This document shows, piece by piece, positions 18,950 through 28,746 of a stretch of 64,000 nt of DNA. Position 1 is the stretch's first letter. Each line of letters opens with the position of its first letter. The position numbers and the translations under genes were made by a program. The stretch lies in assembly GCA_964568575.1 (NCBI GenBank), contig CAZMRN010000001.1, positions 3,964 through 67,963 of the forward strand, in the 5' to 3' direction. The stretch comes from an uncultured Caulobacteraceae bacterium. Lineage in GTDB: Bacteria > Pseudomonadota > Alphaproteobacteria > Caulobacterales > Aquidulcibacteraceae. The notes under the pieces are model-generated. The model was not told the origin of the DNA. It saw only the letters and a list, made by a program, of their open reading frames with translations, and ran no database searches.

Positions 18950-21169
18950 ATGCGGTTCTTGATGCAAGCGAGCATTCAGGCGTTGGCTCTGGCTGCCGCC
19001 GCAAGTCCAGCTTTCGCGCAAACGGCCCCATCGGGCGACGAGGAGATCATCGTGACCGCGCGCCGCACGGCGGAGCGTCTACAGGACGTGCCGGTAGCGG
19101 CGAACGTTCTGGGAGCGGAGCAACTGGAGACCCTCGTTCTGGATCGCTTGGAGGACTATCTGCGGCAATCGCCGTCGACGGTTCTCGTAAATGGCGGGCC
19201 TGAGTATCTGAGTGACATTGCCATTCGGGGCCAAGGCGGTGGGCGCAACGGCTTTTCAGAGTCCGCGAGCGGCGTCTACAGGAATGGGATTTTTGTCGCT
19301 GGCGGTGGTTTTGGCGGTCGCGCTTTCAACACCCTTGATTTGTTCGACGCGGCTCGGGTTGAGACATTGCGTGGGCCACAAGGCGCCCTCTTTGGCCGCA
19401 ATGCGGTTGGGGGCGCTGTGAACGTTGTTACGCGTCGTCCCGATCTGGACGGCGTCAGCGGCATGTTCTCCTTAGGGTACGACGACCGGGATAGATCAAC
19501 GCTCCGTGGTGTGTTGAATGCCCCGATCATTGACGATCGCTTGGCGGCGCGGATCGCTGTCGTTGGGTACGACCAGACGGACGGCTTCTATCGGGACGTG
19601 AACACGGGTGAAAACGTCGACGACCAGAGCTTTTACGGCGGCAGGCTTTCCGTGCTGGGTCAACTCAACGAGGCGTGGACGATAACGCTCACTGGGGAGT
19701 CGTCATCCTCGACGGCTCCCAGCTTTAGCGCGTTGGGTCGCCGGCTCGATGTTGCCGGGCGTGCCGAAAGGTTTGACCCGGGTCCCTTCGAACGCAACGC
19801 TTCACGTGTGGGGGACGTGGTGATCGACGAGAACACTGGGTTCTTGGAGATTAATGGCGACCTCGGGTTTGCCGACCTTACAGTTGTGGGCGCGTACCGC
19901 CACCGCGACGGGCTTCGGGCAAACGACGATCTGGATCATTTTCTCGGTTTTGAGGATGTCAACGCCAATAGCATTGTGACAGACCTCCGTGTGGACCAAG
20001 GCGAGGTCTATGAGCGTTCGGGCCTCGAAGTGAGGCTGGCCTCGCCAAGCTCCTCCGACGGCGCGCTCCGCTGGTTGATCGGCGCCGACGTTCAGCAAAG
20101 CGATAGTGATGTGCTTACGGTGAATAGTGGCACAGCCGGAAACTCATCACCAGTTCGAGAACAGCGCGCGCGTACAGAGACATTCCAAGAGGATGTCGCT
20201 TCGTGGTCTGTGTTTGGGCTCGCAGAGTGGCAGCTAAATCCATTGGTCTCCTTTACCGTTGAAGGTCGGTATCAGGCGGACGACAAGGACTTCCAGTTCC
20301 AACGCATCGATCGCGAGCCGGCAGGTGCGGGAAACCCTAACACGTCTATTGGACCAGCAACCGACCAGTTGCAAAGTGAGTTCTTCACACCGGGAGTGAG
20401 TGCGCGCTTTCGGATCGATGACGACAACATCGTGTACGTGAGAGGCGCCACCGCGTTCCGGCCCGGCGGTTTCAACACCGGCACCATCAACCCCGGGTTC
20501 ATATCGTACGAACCCGAGACGATCATCTCAGGTGAGGTGGGGTGGAAGGGCCGATTGTTCGGCCGCCTCACAGGTTCAGTGGCCGCCTACTATAATGAAT
20601 CTGAAGATGTGCAGGTGGTCACCGCAATCTCAAGCACCGACACCACGACCGCTCTCGTTAATGTTCCCGGATCTGCCTCCTGGGGCATTGAGGTGGAAGC
20701 TTCAACGTTCTTCGACGTTGGGCCCGGGCGTCTGACTTTGCAGGGCTCGATGTCGACGGCTGACGGCGAGTACGACGCGGGCTCAATTGTGATCGTGCAG
20801 GGCGTTTCCTACGATATCTCGGGCTCACGAATTAATCGCGCTCGCGACCTAACGGCTGTGTTGAACGTGAGGTACGATTGGAGCGTCTCGAGCGCGCTTA
20901 ACGCCTTTGTGGTCGCGACGGCCCAGACGGAGAGCGGCGGCTATGAGAATGTCATTGGAGCACTGAAAGTGCCTGGCCAAAGCCGGTCTCTGGACGACTT
21001 TGCCAAGTTCGATCTGAGGGTGGGCATCGAGAGTGGGCCGTGGGCGGCGTCGGTATTCGCTAGAAACATCGGTGATGATCCGGAGTTTCTCCAGAACGTG
21101 CTCGGCAATGAGTACTATGGCCTCCCTCGTGTCATCGGAGCCGAACTCAGTTTCAGGTTTGGGGAATAG
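18950..21169 (+). CDS. TonB-dependent outer-membrane receptor
   Basis: Signal peptide MRFLMQASIQALALAAAASPAFAQ. The TonB-box region is EEIIVTARR, the plug motif is VETLRGPQGALFGRNAVGG, and the terminal beta-strand is ...GAELSFRFGE. Confidence 0.9.
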   Translation: MRFLMQASIQALALAAAASPAFAQTAPSGDEEIIVTARRTAERLQDVPVAANVLGAEQLETLVLDRLEDYLRQSPSTVLVNGGPEYLSDIAIRGQGGGRNGFSESASGVYRNGIFVAGGGFGGRAFNTLDLFDAARVETLRGPQGALFGRNAVGGAVNVVTRRPDLDGVSGMFSLGYDDRDRSTLRGVLNAPIIDDRLAARIAVVGYDQTDGFYRDVNTGENVDDQSFYGGRLSVLGQLNEAWTITLTGESSSSTAPSFSALGRRLDVAGRAERFDPGPFERNASRVGDVVIDENTGFLEINGDLGFADLTVVGAYRHRDGLRANDDLDHFLGFEDVNANSIVTDLRVDQGEVYERSGLEVRLASPSSSDGALRWLIGADVQQSDSDVLTVNSGTAGNSSPVREQRARTETFQEDVASWSVFGLAEWQLNPLVSFTVEGRYQADDKDFQFQRIDREPAGAGNPNTSIGPATDQLQSEFFTPGVSARFRIDDDNIVYVRGATAFRPGGFNTGTINPGFISYEPETIISGEVGWKGRLFGRLTGSVAAYYNESEDVQVVTAISSTDTTTALVNVPGSASWGIEVEASTFFDVGPGRLTLQGSMSTADGEYDAGSIVIVQGVSYDISGSRINRARDLTAVLNVRYDWSVSSALNAFVVATAQTESGGYENVIGALKVPGQSRSLDDFAKFDLRVGIESGPWAASVFARNIGDDPEFLQNVLGNEYYGLPRVIGAELSFRFGE

Positions 21170-21192
21170 CACACTCTCCTCCCAACGACTTT

Positions 21193-21220
21193 GGCCCGCG
21201 AAAGCGGGCCTTCTGTTTTT
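21193..21220 (+). terminator. rho-independent terminator of the TonB-receptor gene
   Basis: GGCCCGC-GAAA-GCGGGCC is a perfect 7-bp stem with a GAAA tetraloop. It is followed by TTCTGTTTTT and begins 24 nt after the stop codon. Confidence 0.75.
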
Positions 21221-21378
21221 CTGAGAGGTGGAACCCGCCGTGTGTCCGCCGCGCTCCCGAGAACGTGCAAGTAGTAGAGCCCGATCATCTCACCCGGCAC
21301 TTCACGCCAGCGCCGAACGGATGTTGCATTCTCGTTTGAAGAAGCACGAGACAGCGGCGCATGGGCATGGTCATGCCC

Positions 21379-22092
21379 TCATTCGGAGATGTTCGCGACT
21401 TGGGTCGATTTCATCTCGGCAACGTACTCAAACGCAAAATCAAAAAGTTCGTCCATGGCGGAGCGCGCCGCATCAGGCTGGCCGTTTTCGACAGCTTTAG
21501 CGATGCGCAGCCAAAGCTTTGCCTGCGTGCGTCTGCTTTTCTTGGTCGCCACGATGTCGTCTTGAAAGGCCAGGTAGCCGAAGGTGAGGCTCCTGATCAA
21601 ATGCAATGTTCTCGGTGTTTGCGCGACTTTCTGCATGATCTGGATGGCGCGGCGAACTCTGCCGGCAAACACGTGTCCGTCGGGGCAGGTCTCTGCAGCC
21701 TCCGTAAGCGCTCGGGCGCGGGATACGAACTCTTCCTTCGCAGCGGATGAGGGCGCCTTGACGACTTGTTGTATGATAAGGCCCGCAAGCGCGCGACGGA
21801 TCAGAAAGACCTCGTAGAAGCTGGCGTCCTCGACCGTTGCAACGCGAGCGCCCCTCATAGGCTCGATCACAACGCTTCCCTGACTCTCCAAGACGCGCAA
21901 AGCTTCGCGAACGGGAGCGCGGGAGCACTTGAATTTGTCGGCGAGCTCTTGTTCGCGGAGGCGCGAACCTGGTTGGTAGACTCCGCGCTCAATGTCCCGT
22001 GCAGTGGCGCGTGCAATGCCGAGCGCGGATACTCGAGCGTCCGGCGTTCTCAGGCGGATAACCTTACTGGTTTTCGTAGATCTCTGCGACAT
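21379..22092 (-). CDS. GntR-family (FadR/FCD subfamily) transcriptional regulator
   Basis: Start MSQRSTK.. at 22092. The wHTH is YQPGSRLREQELADKFKCSRAPVREALRVLESQGSVVIEP, followed by an all-helical FCD-like C domain. It is the last gene of the 26966-21379 minus-strand operon. Confidence 0.85.
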   Translation of the reverse strand: MSQRSTKTSKVIRLRTPDARVSALGIARATARDIERGVYQPGSRLREQELADKFKCSRAPVREALRVLESQGSVVIEPMRGARVATVEDASFYEVFLIRRALAGLIIQQVVKAPSSAAKEEFVSRARALTEAAETCPDGHVFAGRVRRAIQIMQKVAQTPRTLHLIRSLTFGYLAFQDDIVATKKSRRTQAKLWLRIAKAVENGQPDAARSAMDELFDFAFEYVAEMKSTQVANISE

Positions 22093-22112
22093 CGGCCTAG
22101 TCCTAATGGTCA

Positions 22113-23534
22113 TTAGGATGTCAGACTTGGCGCTAATCGGTAAAGGCCTTGCGTTCGCGTAGCATAATAAATGGCCCCGCCCGGCCCTGGCGTTAGGGTA
22201 AGTCCAAAGTTGCGGGGAAGCCCTGCGATCTCGGCAAGATCTCTGCCAGAGGCCGCATCGAGCCAGCGGCAAGTTTCTTGGGTATGGATCGGTGCGCCGT
22301 AATCATCATAGCGTGGTCGCCCGATGTCGCTGACAACAAGTACCCGACGCTCGCCGCACAGCGTGAGAAAGGAGCCTGTTCGATAGGGCCGCCGCCACGC
22401 AACGCGGGGCCCTTGGACGGGGTCAAAGTCGATCGCCGCTATGCCCGCATGCGCGTCACCAACGTAGATGCGAGAGCGCGCTACATCGACGGTAGGTTTG
22501 GAGGGCATGAATGAAAACTCGCCGCCATCATCGAATGGCGTTAGCCGCCACCGAGTTTCGCTGTCTGCTTGCGAAATGATGGACACCGAGAGCGGCGCCC
22601 GCGTCGGGATGGCGTTGTCCTGCACAACCACGTACTCTCCAAACCCAACCACAGCGGTTCCTGGTGTGGCGGAGGAGCTTCTATAGTTGGCGGGCCCCCA
22701 AGCGCGATCCTGTCGCAGCGCTCCACGAGAATAGACAAGACGATGAACAGCATCGGCGCCAGCGAGATACACGTACTCCCGCCCGCGCCAGGAAACGCAG
22801 CTCACGCGGCCTCCTACAAACTCTGGCGCAGCACCTTGCCACCGGATCTGGTTCGAACCCGGGTCGACAATGACGAGAGTTGAAGACGGCAGCCCATCAA
22901 CGCCGCACTCGATCAGCGCGCGGTAGCCTTGAGAAGGGCAGTCGAGTTTACGGTGGTGGGATTTCAGGATGATTGCGCCATCGCGCGCAGCGACGAAGCC
23001 ATTATAGGCGGTCACGTTGCGACCGGCGGGCGCAGGCAGATCAAGGTTGCTGACGACATCGCCGCTATTTGAGTCAATCTTGACGAGGCGCGTGCCAGTC
23101 ACGGCAAACACATAGCCCGATCCATGCACGGCGACCCCGCCGGGATAGACCCAATCGTCTGCCGTCGGTTCAGCCAAGGTAACGCGCTTGAGCGGTTCCA
23201 TCGTGCCGGGGCTGAACATCGTAACGCTTGGCGGTCCTGCCGCTTCTACACCGCCGATCACACCGTGAAGGGCAAAGCCGCGCTCTTCGGAAGAGAACGC
23301 TGCATTCCAAAGACCAGTTACATCGCTCAGGCGCTGGACGCTCGCTTCGCTTCTCGGTCCGGAGAAGGCCTCAAATTCTGGAAAATAGCTGGTACGCGCG
23401 GAATCATGATGCTCAAATGATCCAATCGCCGGGGACCAGTCCGTGAATGCTTGTCTTGGCTGGACGTTGGCTGTTGCGCATCCGGCCAGCGCTGGCGGGA
23501 GGGCTACGCAAAGAGCTCGTCGTGTTATGCTCAT
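22113..23534 (-). CDS. hypothetical lipoprotein (possibly beta-propeller)
   Basis: 473 aa. The lipobox is LPPALAGC at the N-terminus, and the rest is a repetitive beta-rich sequence. No family recognised with confidence. Confidence 0.55.
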   Translation of the reverse strand: MSITRRALCVALPPALAGCATANVQPRQAFTDWSPAIGSFEHHDSARTSYFPEFEAFSGPRSEASVQRLSDVTGLWNAAFSSEERGFALHGVIGGVEAAGPPSVTMFSPGTMEPLKRVTLAEPTADDWVYPGGVAVHGSGYVFAVTGTRLVKIDSNSGDVVSNLDLPAPAGRNVTAYNGFVAARDGAIILKSHHRKLDCPSQGYRALIECGVDGLPSSTLVIVDPGSNQIRWQGAAPEFVGGRVSCVSWRGREYVYLAGADAVHRLVYSRGALRQDRAWGPANYRSSSATPGTAVVGFGEYVVVQDNAIPTRAPLSVSIISQADSETRWRLTPFDDGGEFSFMPSKPTVDVARSRIYVGDAHAGIAAIDFDPVQGPRVAWRRPYRTGSFLTLCGERRVLVVSDIGRPRYDDYGAPIHTQETCRWLDAASGRDLAEIAGLPRNFGLTLTPGPGGAIYYATRTQGLYRLAPSLTS

Positions 23535-23538
23535 GTCG

Positions 23539-25179
23539 CTAGCTCGGTCGTTCGATGGTGAAGGTATCGAAAGGCTCTAGCCGGTCGATGGACTCAACGC
23601 TGTCCGGTTCACGCCATGCGAATAGACGTACGGTCATCCTGTTCCGATCGACATCGATGATGGTGAAGCCATTTTTCTCTTGGGGCGCGTAATCTTGGTC
23701 GAGGCGAACGCTGTGCGGCGGTTGGGGCTGTGTCCCGCGCGCGAACGAGGGCCAGCCTGCAGTCGATGAGCCGAGTGGACCGGAGAGGATCGTATGCACG
23801 GGGTTGCGCGCCAGATCCAAGTCGCCGCTTGACGTAATCAAAGCGTGCCCGATCGCGTGAAGGTCCCCAGAAATCATGGCGGCTGCGCGCGTTCGCTGTG
23901 CGGACAGTGCGCCCAGCAGTCTTTGGTGCTGAGCAAACCAGCCAGCTTGCCAGAAGTACTTGGCCTGTTCGGTCGTGAGCCGGCCCGACACGTTGGCGCC
24001 ATGGGTGCTGACAACAACCTCTCCGCCGCCTGCAGAGGCAAGGACGTCGGGGTACCATTCGCGCCATTTTCCCGCGGTCCATCCGGCGGGATGAGATGGC
24101 ATATGAAGATAGTGGCGCGTGTCTTCGGCGGCCGTCCGCGCGCGAAGCCACGCTTCGGCATCAGACGGAATCAATCCCGCCGCCGGGCCACTCAGCGACA
24201 AGTATCGACCGCAATCATAGAGATTGGCCTCGAGGAGCGTGCCTGCGCGAAGGGTGCCGAAGCACTCTGAGATGCCTGGACCTGTATCGACGGCGGAGGC
24301 CCCGGGCAGTCTTTGTGGGCGCGTCGGCTCTGGCAAAAACTCTGGATAGTAGAGACGTTGCACGGCCCGTGCGGCGCGGAAGTTGAAATCATCCGGTGGG
24401 AAGGCGACAAATTCGGGCGACGCGTCATCGTTTTCGAAATAGTCGTGATCGTCGCCAATGAAGAAGCAAGGAACTGATCGCAGACGAGTTTCATATAGGT
24501 CAGCGACCTGAGGCGCAGCCAGTCTCTTGATTAATGCCTCATTCTCCGTGCCAAAGATCAGTTGGTTGCGATCAAAGTACCCGAACTGATCATAGGCTTC
24601 GCGGGTCAGTCGCCGGATTTCAGCGTTGGGGTGTTCGAGCCATGCGTGTTGATCCCAATAGATGTGATCGCCGTTGGCGATAACAGCATCGGGGGCGAAC
24701 GAAAGCGCTCGCTCAAGCAGTCGTTGTCGAACTGCAAGAGGACGAAAGGCTTCTATCCCGCCGATGCTGCGAGACCCCTCCCATCCCCCGGCGCAAGTAA
24801 ACTTAAGCAATCGGAACGAACTGATGTCGGCATTCGCGTCGGGGAAGGTTCGCAGCGTCCAGGCATCGCATAGGCGCCGACGTCGTTGGACAAGTTCCAA
24901 GCGATGGCTCGAATTCGGTGAGAGGTCATCTGCGAGAAATCGCCAATATCGACCCTCTGTGTCGGTCATCTCGCCATCGAACCGCCTGCCGGACATCAAT
25001 AATGTCGGCGCCTGCATGGGCTCTCGGAAGGAGACTTTGAGCAAAATGGCGCGCTCAGAGACGGTCGGCAGGATGTGCTTGACCAACCCTGCATCCCAAG
25101 AATCGCTCGCTGCAGCTGAGGGCGCAATCGCGGCGCTTGCCGCGAGGGTGGTAAAGGCTCTGCGCGTCAAGTCGCTCAT
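23539..25179 (-). CDS. Tat-exported metallophosphoesterase, PhoD-like
   Basis: Tat signal MSDLTRRAFTTLAASAA. Metallophosphatase-like motifs are VIANGDHIYWD, FIGDDHDYFEND and ISGDLHAIGHA. Confidence 0.6.
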   Translation of the reverse strand: MSDLTRRAFTTLAASAAIAPSAAASDSWDAGLVKHILPTVSERAILLKVSFREPMQAPTLLMSGRRFDGEMTDTEGRYWRFLADDLSPNSSHRLELVQRRRRLCDAWTLRTFPDANADISSFRLLKFTCAGGWEGSRSIGGIEAFRPLAVRQRLLERALSFAPDAVIANGDHIYWDQHAWLEHPNAEIRRLTREAYDQFGYFDRNQLIFGTENEALIKRLAAPQVADLYETRLRSVPCFFIGDDHDYFENDDASPEFVAFPPDDFNFRAARAVQRLYYPEFLPEPTRPQRLPGASAVDTGPGISECFGTLRAGTLLEANLYDCGRYLSLSGPAAGLIPSDAEAWLRARTAAEDTRHYLHMPSHPAGWTAGKWREWYPDVLASAGGGEVVVSTHGANVSGRLTTEQAKYFWQAGWFAQHQRLLGALSAQRTRAAAMISGDLHAIGHALITSSGDLDLARNPVHTILSGPLGSSTAGWPSFARGTQPQPPHSVRLDQDYAPQEKNGFTIIDVDRNRMTVRLFAWREPDSVESIDRLEPFDTFTIERPS

Positions 25180-25842
25180 TTACGACACCACTGATTTGCG
25201 CGGCCCAAGGCCGTTTTTTTTCAAGCGCCAAAGCAATTGATCGAAGCGATCCTGGCCAAAGAATGGCTCGCCTCTGTATACCATTACAGGCACGCCCCAG
25301 TGTCCCGCTGTGAGCTCTGCGTCCTGATTCGCTTGGATTCTGGCTTCAAGTCGATCGCCTTCTGAAATTACTCGCTTATCGAGTGCGGACAGATCAAGTC
25401 CAGCGCGCGCTGCGGCGCCGTCGAGCAAGCCTTGCTGGCTCCAGTCTGTTGTCGCCGGGTGCCAGAGCAAGCGGCTCACCTCATCGATAAACTCAATTCC
25501 GCGCCCGGCCTCGGCGGCTGCAACGCCCAAGCGAGTCAGCCGCTGAATGTGCGGTTGAACCTCCAACGCCCGCCCAGTTTCATCTGCGGCCACGGGATCG
25601 GGGCGTGGCCATGCGAGCGGCAACCCAAGGAACTCGGCCGTGCGCACAATGTCTGTTTTGAAGTACTGAATCCAAGTGGCGTCCCGAGCGGCGTTCAACT
25701 GCGGCGCGCGGATGGCGTGGGGATAGACTGGTCGGACTACGCATTGGACCTCATGCGTCCGCACGAGCGCCGCAATCCGTGGCGTGACCAAGTAGGAGTA
25801 AGGTGAACGGAACGACCAATAGAGGTCGAACGACATGGTCAT
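25180..25842 (-). CDS. 2-hydroxychromene-2-carboxylate isomerase family protein (DsbA-like fold)
   Basis: 220 aa. The N-terminal FDLYWSFRSPYSYL and C-terminal GHWGVPVMVYRGEPFFGQDR are typical of the HCCA isomerase / DsbA-like family. Confidence 0.75.
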   Translation of the reverse strand: MTMSFDLYWSFRSPYSYLVTPRIAALVRTHEVQCVVRPVYPHAIRAPQLNAARDATWIQYFKTDIVRTAEFLGLPLAWPRPDPVAADETGRALEVQPHIQRLTRLGVAAAEAGRGIEFIDEVSRLLWHPATTDWSQQGLLDGAAARAGLDLSALDKRVISEGDRLEARIQANQDAELTAGHWGVPVMVYRGEPFFGQDRFDQLLWRLKKNGLGPRKSVVS

Positions 25843-26966
25843 TGGCTAGCGCTCTTGGCTTCGAAGGTATCGCCGCGCGCAAGCAGACGCTGGAAACCGC
25901 CGCCATCGAGGAAGACCCGCTCATTTGCGTCGCGCTTCAGCGTCCAACGCCAGAACGCAAGCGCGCCGGCCTTGATGAGGTCGTGGTGACGCGGCAATGC
26001 CGGATAGCCAAAGGTTTGCCCGCGAAGTTGAGGGTTCGGGTCGCCGCCAAAGGTGAAATGGTTCGCGCCCTCCAAAACCATCAACCACTGGTCCACGTTG
26101 GACGTTCGATCAAAGGGGATGCGGCGTGCCGGCGCGTCGAAGTCGCCGTTCGGGGCGTCATCGAGCGTGCCAGTCATATGGAATATGGGCATGAGCATGC
26201 GGTTGAACGCGGTTCGTTCATCACCGTAGGCCGCGCGCGGCGGCGATGGGCTCAGCGCGATAGCGCCTTTGAGTGCAGGGACGGCTAGGCTTTGCTCGAA
26301 ACCCGTGACGGATTGCCCAGCAGCGATTTGCGCCGTGATGGCGCCGAATGAATGCCCTGCGATACCAACGGCAGACTTGTCGACCGCCGCCGCAAGGCTT
26401 CCAGCTTCGAGCCGTTGAAGCTGCTGATATGCAAATAGCACGTCTAGAAAGCGCGGCGCACCTTGCGCAGGGTTCCTTGCAGCTTCGGATATCTGTTGCG
26501 GATCGTTGCGGAACGCGTCTCGATCGCTCCCCGCGTGCTGCAGGTGCAAGGATACAAAGCCATGACTAGCGATGTGCTCGCCATAGCTGGCGCCGCTTGC
26601 GCGGGTTCCGCCGCCTCCGTGCGAGTAGATAACTACCGGTGAAAGGCCTGGCGCGCTCTGCGGCAGATAGGCTCGCCAAGGCACTGCCCGTCCGCTTCGC
26701 GAGGTATCGTTCCAGACATCTTCAATCTGTATCGGAGTAAAGGGGCCTCGCTGTGCGCGGGGATCTGCGATGCGTGCTGTGTCGAGGTCTAAGGGGGGGT
26801 GATCGTCGCGCGCCTCACGGCGCTGACGAAGCGCCTCGCGTAAGCGTTGACGGCGCGTCTGAATATCATCAGCGCGCGCGCCGCTGCTACAGGCGCCAAC
26901 TGTGAGCGCCGCTAACGATCCCACAAGAACTCTACGGCGACGTACGTCCATCAACGGCCTCCCCAA
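25839..26966 (-). CDS. secreted alpha/beta hydrolase (dienelactone hydrolase / PAF-acetylhydrolase-like)
   Basis: Signal/lipobox RRRRVLVGSLAALTVGAC. The nucleophile elbow is GIAGHSFGA. YSHGGGG forms an oxyanion-type loop. Confidence 0.7.
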   Translation of the reverse strand: MGRPLMDVRRRRVLVGSLAALTVGACSSGARADDIQTRRQRLREALRQRREARDDHPPLDLDTARIADPRAQRGPFTPIQIEDVWNDTSRSGRAVPWRAYLPQSAPGLSPVVIYSHGGGGTRASGASYGEHIASHGFVSLHLQHAGSDRDAFRNDPQQISEAARNPAQGAPRFLDVLFAYQQLQRLEAGSLAAAVDKSAVGIAGHSFGAITAQIAAGQSVTGFEQSLAVPALKGAIALSPSPPRAAYGDERTAFNRMLMPIFHMTGTLDDAPNGDFDAPARRIPFDRTSNVDQWLMVLEGANHFTFGGDPNPQLRGQTFGYPALPRHHDLIKAGALAFWRWTLKRDANERVFLDGGGFQRLLARGDTFEAKSASQ

Positions 26967-27011
26967 CTGGCGACGGGACGCCGCCGCTAAGGGATACTAG
27001 CATGGAGAAAA

Positions 27012-27023
27012 ATTGTCGACAAT
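27012..27023. promoter_or_regulatory. ATTGTCGACAAT palindrome in the divergent promoter between the hydrolase operon and the TPP-enzyme gene
   Basis: A perfect 12-bp palindrome lies 46 nt upstream of the hydrolase start (26966) and 57 nt upstream of the ATG at 27080. Confidence 0.5.
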
Positions 27024-27079
27024 AACATGTCGGCGTGCAAGAAACCGAGTCGAACGGAAGACTTGCCGGGGACAGGGTG

Positions 27080-28651
27080 ATGAGCGCGATTGAAGGGCAG
27101 GAACGCGGTCAAACGGGAGCCGACGCGCTCGTCTCTGCGCTGGCGGATTGCGGCGTCTCGCATGTTTTTGCCAATCCCGGGACCAGCGAGTTGGACTTGG
27201 TGCTCGCTCTTGACCGGGAGCCGAGGATCAAGGCGGTCCCGGTTCTTTTCGAAGGTGTCGCGTCGGGCGCGGCGGACGGATTTGGTCGGATGGCGGCGCG
27301 GCCAGCAGCAACGCTGCTTCATTTGGGGCCCGGTTATCTCAACGCTGCCGCGAATCTGCACAATGCCCGCCGCGCGCGAACGCCCCTGATAAACCTAGTC
27401 GGCGACCACGCTGTCGCACATCGCCGTCTCGATGCACCTTTGACATCCGATCTTAATAGCATTGTTGCGCCCCATTCTGTGTGGGTCCGCGATGTGGTGG
27501 TGACGCGCGAAATGGCGGACGCTGCGAGGGAGGCTGTCCATACGGCCATACTGCGGCGTGGGCCTGCGACACTCATAGTTCCCGCGGACGCGGCTTGGGG
27601 CAGCTGTGCGACTAGCGGGGAATTGACCGTACAAGTCGCACCGGTAGGCCCAAACGAACGGGCGATATCGCTGGCCGTCGATAAGCTCCGGGCGGCGCGA
27701 CAGCCTGTGATCTTCGTAGGCGGTAATTGCCTTCAGGAGCGGGGCTTGGAGGCTTGCGCCAGATTGGCGCAAGCTGGCTGGAGAGTGGTCTCAGAGACTT
27801 TTGCCGCCCGCCAAGCACGCGGGGCGGGGCGGTTCGCGCCAGAACGACTGACCTATTTTGCAGAGATGGGGCAGACACAATTGGCGGGCGTTGACCTGCT
27901 CGTCTGCGTCGGCGCCAAGGCGCCAGTGGGTTACTTCGCCTACCCCGACAAGCCATCAATGCATATCCCTGAAGGGTGCAAGATTCACCACCTGGTGACG
28001 TTCGGCGAATGCGAAGTCGAGGGGATTGTCACGCTCGCTGATGCCGTTGGAGCGAGCACCAGTGTCTTGCCCGCTACCCCGGTCGCGCCCTCTCAAGATG
28101 ATGGCGCGCTGAATGCTCAGTCCATTGCGACCGCGATCGCTCGTCATATGCCGGCCGATTGCATTGTGTCGGACGATGGGGTGACGCTAAGCGGAGCGGT
28201 CATAGCCGCGACATCTTCCGCGCCGCCGCACGATTGGCTCTGTCTTACTGGCGGCGCGTTGGGGCAAGGCTTGCCATTGGCGGCAGGCGCCGCAATCGCG
28301 TCGCCTGGGCGCAGAGTACTGGCGCTAACGGGCGATGGCGCGATGATGTATACAGCTCAAGCGCTCTGGACGATCGCGCGTTTGAATCTCGATGTCGTGG
28401 TGGTCGTGGCCGTTAACCGTTCATATGAAATCTTACGCTTTGAGTTCGCCAGAATGGGAAAAACCGAGCTCGGCCCAGCCGGCCGAGACCTGCTTAGTTT
28501 GAGTTCACCAAACATCGATTATTGTGGCCTCGCGACAGCAATGGGCGTCGCTAGCGCCCGTTGTTCGGATTCTCGTGAATTTGGCGAGCGGCTCAGACGG
28601 GCCTTTGAGCAAAGAGGCCCGTTTTTAATCGAGGCGTTGTGCGTGCCTTGA
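27080..28651 (+). CDS. thiamine-pyrophosphate-dependent enzyme (acetolactate synthase large-subunit-like)
   Basis: GADALVSALADCGVSHVFANPGTSE forms the TPP N-terminal domain, and LTGDGAMMYTAQALWT..N is the TPP-binding GDG-X-N motif. The start at 27080 is preferred over the GTG at 27035. Confidence 0.85.
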   Translation: MSAIEGQERGQTGADALVSALADCGVSHVFANPGTSELDLVLALDREPRIKAVPVLFEGVASGAADGFGRMAARPAATLLHLGPGYLNAAANLHNARRARTPLINLVGDHAVAHRRLDAPLTSDLNSIVAPHSVWVRDVVVTREMADAAREAVHTAILRRGPATLIVPADAAWGSCATSGELTVQVAPVGPNERAISLAVDKLRAARQPVIFVGGNCLQERGLEACARLAQAGWRVVSETFAARQARGAGRFAPERLTYFAEMGQTQLAGVDLLVCVGAKAPVGYFAYPDKPSMHIPEGCKIHHLVTFGECEVEGIVTLADAVGASTSVLPATPVAPSQDDGALNAQSIATAIARHMPADCIVSDDGVTLSGAVIAATSSAPPHDWLCLTGGALGQGLPLAAGAAIASPGRRVLALTGDGAMMYTAQALWTIARLNLDVVVVVAVNRSYEILRFEFARMGKTELGPAGRDLLSLSSPNIDYCGLATAMGVASARCSDSREFGERLRRAFEQRGPFLIEALCVP

Positions 28652-28746
28652 GTCGTGGTCCGAAGATCAGTCCATGGGGTCTCTAAAATTGGATTCGAGG
28701 GCGCTTCCCGCGCGCGGCGAGTGATCGGCGATGCGCGGTTAGGGGA

